DNA from: Acanthaster planci
Taxonomy: Eukaryota
DNA: 64,000 nucleotides
Direction of reading: 5' to 3'
NCBI RefSeq assembly: GCF_001949145.1
Contig: NW_019091356.1
Span: 4,260,934 to 4,324,933, forward strand
A model generated the notes under the pieces. That model worked only from the letters and a program-made list of their open reading frames with translations. It had not been told where the DNA came from and ran no database searches. The number at the start of each line of letters is the position of its first letter. Positions within the stretch are counted from its first letter, which is position 1. Shown here in pieces: positions 13,001-25,000 of this stretch. Position numbers and translations under genes: made by a program.

Positions 13001-16000
13001 CATCATATGATCTCAAGTAAGCTTGAAAGCAAATTGGCTTTGTTTTTTGATCTAGGTAAAACAAGATCAAAGGAAAAACACTCAAAGTTGTTTAAATTAT
13101 CTCTACATTAAAACCTATTTCATTTAGTTCGCCATCATTGCGAAGCGTGTTATTAACCTCTGCAGTATGCTTTTTCCAGAAGGAATAAAAACGAAAAAGG
13201 GAAACAGAGAGAAAATATTTTAAAAAAGTACCTCCCAAGTCTCGTGGCATTGTCTCCTTGGCTTTAATAAGGCAGCTGTACACAGTCGCTCATACCTTTG
13301 AAAGCCACGAAGCACCTACTTATTCACTTACTTATTCACTGTTCTTCTGATCCACTTAAGTCAGTTTGGAACTCTAATTTCTGCCTAGGACCCACTCAGT
13401 CAACTTACTCTTGTCTTAACATTAAACACTGTCCCTCATGAAGATGAAACTTAACTCAAACCGGCAACTGGGTTAGCCTGAGAGTCCCTAGCCGTCAGAT
13501 AATAAACCAAGAAAGCCTTTGGGTCTGTTGCGCGATCGTGTACATCAGCCCCCCGGAAGAGTTCATCAAACACCTGTGCTATCTACGGTAGACGCGCAGA
13601 TGCCCTCTGGTAGAAGATCGGTGTGACACGCGAGGGGAAGTCACGGCATTGTCACCTGCGTGCTTTTTCCGAGAGACCGACGGGTTCTCACGTTTTTGCT
13701 GCGGGGCTTCTATTATGTTGGAGTCGGACGGGAACCCTGTAAACTAACCGTGGTCCACTGATTGTCCGATGTGTGCTTAGTTTCGTTGTACATATATCAG
13801 CTTGCGCGGTATAGTGTTCATGTAAAGTTGTTTCTCCACTGGAACATCTGAGATGTATTCCTTTATCTTTTATCTGGATATTTGATTCATTTGAAAGGTA
13901 ATCTTGTCAGTTAAGTTTCTTGAGGATGTTTGCAAAAAGTAGAGAATATTTGAATACGAAATAGAAGTTATTTTCAATCGGTTTGTCTGTGAGCTGAACT
14001 TGGCAACAGCCTCTTTAAATTGACCGTGTTGTCTGCAATGAGAAATTGCAAATAAATATACGTTAAAATGTTACTGTACCGCCGAGAATAAACAAGTGGA
14101 ATGTCGAACGTGTTGAGAGATAGACAGAAAATGATTGGCCCCAAGAGTAACGAGTTGCTAACACACAAATGCACAGAAGCACACGTTGAGAAAATAGAAT
14201 CACTTTGTCGTTATACGCGACCACCCATGAGATTTACATATTAATTAAGGTGCAGCTTTCTGTAATCTTAAAGGTTTCAGAGATTCAAGTAGCTACTGTG
14301 ATGCAATGGAATATAACTGTGCTGTGTGATTCTGAACAGTATGTTCGTAGAACACAACACGATCCTCTGTGTAGCACCCATGAGATGTCATTCTAAGAAA
14401 GCATCGAGGTATTCAACACCCTGCGTATACATGGTTACACGACAGGTGCTTGATGGAAGCGAGTCTTGCTTTGTTTTCAACTGCCTCGCACGTAGGCTTT
14501 TGGTCAGCTTGTGGCAAGGGAAGTCATCCAGGGCCGTGCAGAAAGAGGAGGGGGCCCTGGGAAGGAAACAACGCTCCAGGCAGAAAGAACTAGGACCCGG
14601 ACTTGAGTGAACTTAGGCTAGGGAAAAAAGTTGTTACTGTTGGAAATCTATTAGCCAAAGTTTGCGATCGCGTGATTGGGTTCTGTTGTATCTTCACGGT
14701 TTCCGGTTTTCTGCAAGTTTCGACGGCAAATGTCAGCATGAACTTTAAATCTGTACCCAGCCGGTCGCCTTTCTAGCTTTGCGTAAAATTGTCTTGTGGC
14801 TTTTCCGTGGCGATATTAAGTGGTTGTAGAGGCTTGACATTTTGTCGAGTCGTTGTCGGCACAGTTGCAAGTTCTACTCGTTAACGCCTGCTACGGAGGT
14901 GCAACCCACGGTATGCCCGCATGAGATTCTATCTGGCAGAAAGATCGGTTTCCCTTTTGTTTTAATTCAAGCTCAGCTCGGAAACAATCAAAATAAAGGA
15001 ACTTCGAGAGAAGATACATCGGGGTTGTTTTTGCCAATCCACTGAATCTTTGTTGAAGGACGCATCAGCTCTGAGAAGAGCTGTGGGTAGCAGCAAAAGA
15101 CTCCTTGAACGACACTCTTGTCAAAAAAGAAATGCTGACCTTTTCAGTAGTTTTTATATGTTATCATATTAATATATTGCCTATCCTGCCTTCTTAATAC
15201 ACAGGTGCTAATCGTCTCATTGGTCGGTGTGTCTTCAACATACGTCCAAGCCAGTAACACCACTGACGCCTCAGAGTCTAATACTACCCAATCAATTACT
15301 GCAACCCCTGACACCAACATGTCCTTCACTTTCATCGCCCGGTCCAATGGCACCGCTGCTCCCGTGGCGGGGCTGGCAACTCCCCCTCCACGCTTCAACG
15401 TGACGGTCTTCGAAAACATATACCAGGAGTACGAGGAGCATTTCATGGCCTACCATAACTTGTTGGAAATAGGCGAGGAGAGGCAGTGCTCCCTGAGAAA
15501 CATGCTGGAGGAAACGCTTCTTGATTTCGATGCAGCAGAAAATGGTAAGAGGTAGACACTTGACGTATAGTCTTTGGCCAAAGATAAATACATGTACGTT
15601 TTGCTGGATAAAATAAGGTAAGGGGTGAAATTGTCAGGTTAGGTACCGGTATTCTGTTTGCGACTGTCCGCTTAGAAAGTTTACTAACAAGTAGTAATGC
15701 ACAAGACAATACATTGGTCTTAGGTATAACTTGAAAATTCACAGGTAAATTCTGCGCCTTACTAACATGTGTTGGTGTTTCCAGGTTTTTGGCTTAATTC
15801 CCAAACTTTCTTGACCTCACAGCGCCCTCGCTTGGGCATAAGTGCATAAGGTCCTGACCATAATTGTCCTGTCATTTCTACCTTGAAGGGCGTTACTGCG
15901 GGAGTCTTTTCGACACCATCTTGTGCTGGCCGGCAAGTGAGCCTGGGATCATCAATCGCTCCTGTCCAGCAGTCCTGAACGATGTACACTACGATACATC

Positions 16001-19000
16001 ATGTAAGTGACATCCAAGATATCCTGTTGTAGGTTCGGAACGAATGTTGAAATGAGGATGACAGTTGCTGTCTGTATTGGAACCATGCCGACTTCGTTGA
16101 GCCAAACATGACATCATTCGTAAGGAAAAAGGGTTAGAGTTCCATTAACTCTCTTTTGTGGTCTAGAGAAATATTTCCATTTATTATCTAGTGTGAAGTA
16201 ATAAGTTACTACGTACAACGTTTACGCTTCAATAACAGTTTCGTTTACGACATTCGTCCTTAATTTTTACTTGAAGGAATTTAATCCCCCCATTCGGTTT
16301 ACTTCCTCCTGAATTAAGAAAGACGCTAAATTCAAGAACTTTGAAAATGTGCACTCGTCTGTTGGACATCTCGATATTTGTGCTTGCGAGCACAGCTAGC
16401 AATGTTTTATTTGGTTCCACTAGAAAGATGCACAAATCGAAGGTAGCCGCGTTAAATAAACATTTCCAGCTTGGAGAAATCGCGCCGGTGTGTTATTCTT
16501 TAATCAAATGAAGACGTAGGCCAGTGATCGAGCGAGTAGTTTGCGAAATCTTCCTGCCAATGGCTTTGGAACCCACTTTACTGTAGCACTGTTTTGCGTC
16601 ACTCGTTCATTTAACTCGATCTTGTCTTAATGATTCGTCGAAAACCTAGATCTTCCCCCCCCCCCATCACATGATATTACAAAGTTTTGAACATTGACGT
16701 CATATCTCACGCCATTGTAAACAAGACTGCCCACCATCCGGCTTTCTCTCCATTTCAACCGCAGGCATTGGTAGCAGCTTCCTTTTAAATGACTCCATAA
16801 TTTCGACAATATCTCCATAAGTTGATAAGAGATTTGACATTTGAAATCGGTCTCTCAACGTACAACCCCATTAATAATCCCCGACCCTGGAGATAAGAGT
16901 CTTGAACGATTCCAAGGCGTCAACAGTCTTCAGAGAACAAACCCTCAAACGCTTCAGAATGCTCTTGTTATCAGTCAGAAAGTCTCCTTGCTTTCGGGGT
17001 CATTTTAAGCCGTAACGTTTTCCCTCCATCTTTTGGCAAACCTTAAAAGTGCTTTTCACTCAGATAACTGCTTTCACCGCCGGCGCCATTTATTTGTATT
17101 TCCGAAATGATTTCCTCTTCATTGTACCTGTTTTTGTTTACCACAGACAATGTAACCAGAGTCTGCAATCCGGATGGTACTTGGGCCAACAAGTCCAACT
17201 ACTCCTCATGCACTGCCAAATATATACCGGTATTTACCTTATCCTCACATCAAAAATTGATCAAGTTCTGTGACCTCAATGGGAGTTTGACACTGATTAC
17301 TCAATTATCTTAGTTTCGCGATTGTACTTTCTGATTGTATTGTAAAAATCTGATTGTTGTCAGCCGAGTTTACAAAATCACGTTGGTCAGCTAAATGTTA
17401 ACTGCCAAAATTCACAATATCATTGACAACGTTGCTGTGATTTATTGATTTGTCATGCAAAGGTGGGATACGAGCTTTATTGGAAGTAGTTTGAAAGAGT
17501 GCGACCATGCATGTTAATGGGTTGTATGTGTTATCAAAATTCGATGTAATGTTAAAATCGTGTGGTAAAATGAATACCATAGATCGATTGCGCCCGCTGA
17601 GTCACTTGGCCCATAGTGGGAATTAAGTTTAAACAAACATGGCTTCCACCAAAATTAAAGTGTTCCATAGGTATCATTCACCAAAAAGAAAACTGACGAT
17701 AGGTACCGTACTCTGACTATTGATATGCTGGGTACTGTACCGTAATTTGGTTGTAACGACACCCAAAACACACGGTGCTATAGGGGTTAATACCCGTCAC
17801 GCGATTTAGCGGGCAAAATCGGTCTATTATCGCAGATCGGGACTAGAGTTTAACAAGTTACTATTAAAAGTATATAACAAGCCACTGCATGATAAATTTT
17901 TAATGATTAAAATCCCACCAGAGATTGACTTATTTGACTTTTGCTACATGCGTAACGATGACGTCAATTCTATCTCCATGCCAACAAGCTGTTTAGAATT
18001 TGACATTGGAGAAGGTATTATTCCAAAACCAAAACGCAACAACTAAGGAAAAGTCTGTATTTACAGGCAGTGGTTAGTATCAACTGACTTTATAGTAAGG
18101 TTTTGTATTATCCAGAATAAAACACAATTTACGTGAGAGAGATAAACGCTGACTTCGATTTGGCCTTGGAAACTTGAATGTGGTTAATGACGCAAATCAC
18201 ACTAGATACAGAATTGGTTAAGGTTTCCAATTGTTCGTTTATACCTAGTTTAGCCCCTGTCCTGGGGTATTTTATAACGATGTGTTGGACGCTCAGACAG
18301 AGAAGGGCCATGGTGCTTCCAGGAAGAGAATGCTTGCTACTGTTCAAATCTGTTTTTTTTTCTTGTATGTAGGACGTAAACAGTAACGATATCGCGCTGC
18401 AGGTTTTGGTGTATGTTGGTTATAGCTTGTCCTTTACTGCCCTCGTGGGGGCGTTCTGCATCTTCTTATTCTTCAAGTAAGTTGGTTTGTATTAATCACT
18501 GTTTATTATTTTTCAAATAATACATTTTTTGCGCAGAAATAAACGAAATCGAGATGGTAGACAAAAATGAACTTATTTACACCAGTTTCATTACCTTTTT
18601 GAACGAGAGTTTTACTTTTCACTTTTAGAATTACAAGAATAGATCTAAGAAAAACAATTTGTCGTCGATATTAGTAAATCTTAACGAAACTTGATTAACA
18701 CAATGCAGACTAAGTTGGGATCATGAGAAATTCGATTCTGAAGTATAGACAAATCAGTGAAATCAGTGTTTGAACTGTCTGAGATGTCTTTTGTCAGTCC
18801 TCCAGAGTGACTTTCCAAATAAAGTGCAAGGTTAATGTCTGTTACCTAACCATTGAGATCTTTTTCTGTCCGGCAGGAGTCTGAGATGTGTTCGCAACTA
18901 CATCCATTGGAATCTGGTCAGTTCGTTCGTGGTCTTATACATCTCCTACTTCACTCTGTCTGGTACAATTGGACTAGTGAATGACAAATCGGATGTCCAG

Positions 19001-22000
19001 GTAGGTCGCATAGGGATACACTGTATATACGTATCCAAAAGATCGAGTTAAAAATGTCTTCAGTTTGATGTCGGATATTTTGGCAGTGCTCCAGTACAAG
19101 TGTTGGCGTTCTAAATCAACGGCCTTGGCAACCGCAAGGTCAGTTTCGTCACCGTCGTCACGAAGAGCTACACTTGTAGATTTTGAAGAAAAACTGGTTT
19201 TGGAGAAATCGCCCCAGAAGTTTTTCCTTTTTAAATGCTGCAAAAATACCAATATGGAACAAGGTTATGCGGTAGGAAAGCCTCAAAAGACTCTTTGAGA
19301 GATGAACTCTTGCCTGAACCAGGTAAATTAAAATGAAGACCGCAGTGGCTAACTAACCGAAATCAATTAGTAAAGATGTGCATCTGTTCGTGAAATCGAA
19401 AATCCAGGCTTTGGGCCCTTCTGTGCAATGTATATCTCCATATAAGGGGAAGGGACATGGGCACACGTGTTCACGCACACGCTACTGTAAAAGTAACAAA
19501 GAAAATGTGTGGTTCTTCGTGAAAACGAAAATCTTACTTGATCTGTTTTTTTGGCCTCTCCAGTCAATACATTTTGTATGCGTGGGAGAGGCAGTAAGAT
19601 TTGTATGATCTCTTCGTGAAAACACGAAATGGACTTATTGAGATTTAGCCCCTAACTTTATGACAGTATTCAAAATCGAAAAGATGCTACTTTTGACAGG
19701 CGTGGCTCTTCTTGACAACAGTGACGGTTGGACGTCGACAATTTGCAGCTTTTTTCACTTTTTTGGCTGTTTAAAAAGTTTCACCCGTTACACGAATAAT
19801 TGCGTGTAATGGTGTGAGACAGATGAGGGGAGTTTCCCAACAATTACTATGATGATGGATCGTTAGATGCCTTGGTTTGCCATGTTAGTCAAGGGAAGTT
19901 TTCGTTAAAGTTAGCAACGTTAACTTTGTTAACTTTAACGTAGCAGAGCGTGATCTCATTCCTGTTACCTTTGTGCACCGCGTGCACGTTTTGTCAATAA
20001 TTTGATTAGTTTGTGCTCGGATGATTGTAAATGTATAAGTCTCATCCCCTTGCTTAAATTGTGGAGCGACCGGCCTTCCTTTGCCTCCTCTTTTGATCAG
20101 AAGGCAATCGCTTGGAAAACTCGCAGGAATATTCGTACTTGCGACAGGAAGGCAAAACATTCGTCTGATTATTATTTTCACGATTCGCCGAGCTGTCCAC
20201 CTTGCCAAATTGGAAGGAGACCACTCATTTATTCGCTGTTTCTCTTCGCCGTTTTCGCTAGAATTGTTAGAATTGCTGCTTGGATGTAAACAAGTAATTA
20301 TGAAGGAACTGCTGTCTCTATTTTCTCAATAGAAGATCGAGGGTGGTCACCAGATTTTTGGGTCGTGTTAAATAACTTTCACATTCGTTGGATATCCACA
20401 TTGTGTCTAATGCATGTCGTGTTTAAAACTTCATTTTGTCTTTCAATATCTTTTTGTACCATGAAATGCCCGTCTCTGCACTTTTGGTGGCCTCAAAAAA
20501 CGTTGACCCTTGAATAAATATCATCTCTTTTTTAATAACAAGCGATAAAAAATTATAAAGTTCCCAGGTCTTGTTATTTATGTTCGGCTACATGTTTAAC
20601 TTGAGCAGTGATTTAAGAGGCACTGAAACTCTCACATATCACGTTGAAAGCGAAATGTGATATTGAGGTTGTCCAAACTCACGATGTTTTGCTTCCAAGA
20701 AGTCGTTTGTGTGGGCGTGGAGAATTTCAAACAATTTTTCCTGGCTGGGAGTGAAGAATCGACTAATTAGTTTGGAGTTGACAGATAGTGGCATTCTCTT
20801 ACCAGAGCGTCAAACAGAAATGAAGAAGGACAAAAGAACATGCACGTGCCGAAAAAAGGAGAAACTTCAATTAAGATAAAAGGGGTGTTCGTTGTTTTTG
20901 CAAGTCACTATGCTAACTTGAAATTGTCAACGGTGCACAACGTTTCAGTTTTTGCCTTAAGCGAATCGATTGTGCAGACAGGATACACCATTGCGCCATG
21001 GAGAATATTTTGAATTTACACGGAGGAGGCATCCTCAAACAACTGGGTGAAATAATTCAATTGGCACGGGCACTGCCATTTTAAAGCTTTCCAACCGCAA
21101 TTTCAAATCAATTGCTTGTGACATTTGGCGACCTTTTAGGAATGGATTTTTAGCGTGTCTATTTTTCACTAACTTGACACCTCACTATTCATGTCAAGTT
21201 TTCTTAACGATAGTCTACGCGAAAGGAAAACTTGAACAAGGCGAGAGAATCTTTACGTCCGTGGCTGAAAATGGAAAACTTACATTACAAGAGTTGGACG
21301 ACATGAATTCAGACAATTTTTGTTGTAATTTGAATTGTATAATTTGTTGTTTTTTCTCTTCATTAGATTTAGGATAAAACACGTTAGGCATCACCCATTT
21401 TTGTGTGAAAGAGGCAGATTAAAATAAAGTGTACATGCATGGAAAAATTCTAAAGGTTTCTTTGGGATTTTAAGAAGTGGAAACTCTTGTTGATCATTTT
21501 CTCTTGCTAAAAGCCTATCAAGTTGCTTCTCTTTAAAATATCTCGACTAATCTATGGGAAAAGAAACGGATTACTCACACTCAGGTATCTTATTAATGCA
21601 TCTGAGTCTTAGAATTTGGCATTTTTATGAAGCCGAGATTTCAGATTTTAGGTTAACCATTCAACTAATTTTCCCTATTTGATTTTGTCCAGTGGATCTG
21701 CCGGCTGCTCTACGTCCTCATGTTATATGCGATGATGACTAACTTCTTCTGGATGTTCGTGGAAGGAATTTACCTCTACACATTGGTTGTCAGGGCACTG
21801 ACCGTGCGACGAAACTTCTTTTGGATTTACTGTATATTCGGCTGGGGTAAGCTGTTGACGCATTTCTCTGGGATTATCGTGGTGCCTCCTTCAGCCAAAG
21901 AGCTCGGCTGGTATCCGTAATTTTCCCCTCTTTGGACACGGAGTACTCGGGGGACTGTAAGTTTAGTAAATATGCATTGCCAAAGGCTTCTTTAAGCATA

Positions 22001-25000
22001 CCTAATTTACACCGTCAAATGGCATAGGACCGTACAAAATCCCTGGATGTTTGGTAAACGTTACAAATGCACATCAATAAGTAGTGGGAAAAGCTGATAA
22101 TGGTCATCTTTATTCATTAGTTTGCTGTTATACACTGCGCAATGCGCGTACTTATGGCTGAAACTTGCCGTTGAATGTGTGGCATTGTAGAGCGTGTACT
22201 TCCAGTTTTGCAATGAGCTAGTTCGGTATTTCATAAAGACAAGGTCTTCGGGAACAAAGTGCGAGCGTGAGTTTGCGTATGGCCGTGCTGATAGGACAGA
22301 CTATCACACGCTCACGTAGCTTTCCCCGAATAGCCTCGTACTGGGCATGTGCTGTTGAAATACCGAACTGGCTTATCACTGAATCGATTTTTGTCCGTCT
22401 CACTATGTTTGTTATTAAGGTTACACTGCGTGTAAGGTTGTGATAAAGGCTAAATTGCTGTCTACTTTCTGCTGTGATTAGGCACAACAGAGAATCTTGA
22501 TTTTGGTGTGAAGTTTTTATTAATTTGGTGGGTTTTTTTTATCTTTAAGCTCGTTACACAATTGTGTTGAACAGTTAAAAGAGGAAAGTTTTTCTGATGT
22601 GAGCTGACCAGTGTTTTGAAAACTAGTTGAAGAGTGCAGCGCCTCACAATCGAATCTGAAAATACCAGAGAATTGATCATCAAAGTGTTAGACGATCGAT
22701 TTCTTCGACCACACTCACTTGTACCCCATGATGGTGCTCACGCCACACCTTACGTTAGTCGTTAAGGACGAGTGTTCTGTGATTAAATCAACGCCCGTTC
22801 TCTCGACCCCGCGTAATTTAATTTCTTTGAAATGACTTCCTGGGAGGTTAACTCGATTGCTGGCGTCACAGTGTTCCGTAGTGTGATTCGTGGATGCCCC
22901 TGTTTTGGAATGGCGTCCATTCCATATACCACAATATTGATTTTGTGGAGACGTAGTTGTCACCCATGAAACCCATGAAAGTGAACCAGTTTGTCAAAAA
23001 GAAACTAACACTGCAGATGAAAAATATTTCAAAATTCCGATTATTTTTCCCTAGAAATATTCTTCACCTCTGGTGCAAAAAGGAGGCATTACGTGTACTT
23101 GATATTTGTTTGAAACGATTTCTTCATCACAGCTATTATACGGCTTCAGTTCAGATATGACGGTAATTAGCATTATTGAAGGTGTTGGACCGTGTGAGCC
23201 GTCATGAACGCGTTGCCGAGGATTGGACTGAAAGTATGAGACCAACCTTTGATAACGTTTCCGTTGTTTTGCTGGAATCGCTTTTAAGGAATTCGCAAAG
23301 ACAAGCAGATTACATTTTGCTGTTCGATATGTAGAGTGGACGCCATCACTCCTTCGAATTTCAACAGACTCGCTCAACGTTTTTGAGTGTCATGGGGTGA
23401 AAATTTTTCAATAAAATCTATTTGTGCTAAAGGCAATGGCCTGTGATCGTATCCATCAAATTTGGTTGTGTTTTTCATTTGTGATTACAGCTGGTCCGGT
23501 TCCGTTCGTCGTAGCATTCACTATTGTCAAAATAGTTTCCCAAAGCGATCAGTAAGTACTCACTCTTTGAGACGTTCAAATCCCCTGATTTTCGATAAAA
23601 ACAGAGTCCCTCACAGTTAATCCTTTTTCGCCTGAAAAAAAGCAAAGTGGGGAAGGCATCGGCTCCAGCTGACGTCGTAATAAAGCAACCACATTGTGTT
23701 TGCATGCAATGCAGAGTGCCTCCCGCACCCCAAAGGTGACGTTCATTTTCCATTAAAGAAATTGTGAGAAATGACTGAGTTGGTATTGAGTTTAAGTTTA
23801 TGGTGTCTTCCACTTACACCAGAAATGTCATTTAAAGTTCAGGTTGCGACGCTGAGGTATTTTCACTGACGTAACAAGATTTTATATTCAGTGGCTGAAT
23901 TCAAATCCCGAACAATCGCAGAAATCTTTTGGTTCTGTATTTCTTTGGAACTTCTAGTTTTAACTCAATAAAACTGATGCCTACTTCAGAAGACAGTGGT
24001 TGTTTAATTAATCTTTTTTTTTTCAAAAATTGTTGAGTTTGTTTTGGAGAAAAAGCTTCAGTTGACCTTGTGAAGTCAATCTCTGTTCTTTTGCAACGAG
24101 GTTCTGATCCTACTTTACTTCTGTAATATTAACCACTTTATCAGGACTCTGTTTGTTTGCTGATGGAAAATAAAAAGCAGTTCAACATAACACATCAGAA
24201 CTATGTTCACTTCAATATCCTCATTCTTTGAGCCATTTCAGTCATCTCATTTGGTATAGGGTATTAAATGGCTTGTACGTAGCACGCCATTTTGAGTGTT
24301 GGGATAAATCCCACTGGACGGAACCAAACAGCAGTCGTGTTAGGTTATCTAGAATATCTCCGTAATGCATCATTTGAATGAAATCTTCTTAGCTTCGGCT
24401 TGATATCAAGAGTTTCTTACAATTGTTTTGGGAGCAAAGGAATATTAACTAGATTCATTCATTAAGTTATTGGGATATTTTGCGGACACGCTTTTGTGCA
24501 TCTGTTGTCAAATGCCTTTGTAAAGACCATTGTTTGAGGGCTAACACGTAGTCAACAAGAAAGCCTAATAGAGAATATAACCCCTGCCTCTCCATTCTGC
24601 AGGTGTTGGGTTAACACAGGCCCTGAACAGGACCCACACAATTACATCATCATGTCACCTATCTTCTTGGTCATTGCGGTCAATCTCTACTTCCTGATAC
24701 ACATCATGGCGATCCTGGTGACCAAGCTTAGAGCCTCGCATTCACTAGAAACCCAGCAGTATCGGTAAGCCAGTATTCCAGCGTATAACTTAGAGAAAAA
24801 ACCTTTTGGCAGTCCACATTAAAGAGCACACGACAGAGCCTATTTTCTATTATTTCAAATACATTGTTGCCCCGTTAATAACAGCAATAACAGCTACCGG
24901 CTACTCTATCTGTATCCTGGTCATGTGAATGTTTTGCTATCGAGAATTTTACGCAGAAGAGAGAGTTCTGAGAACCGTAACTTACTTTTACGTCATTCGG

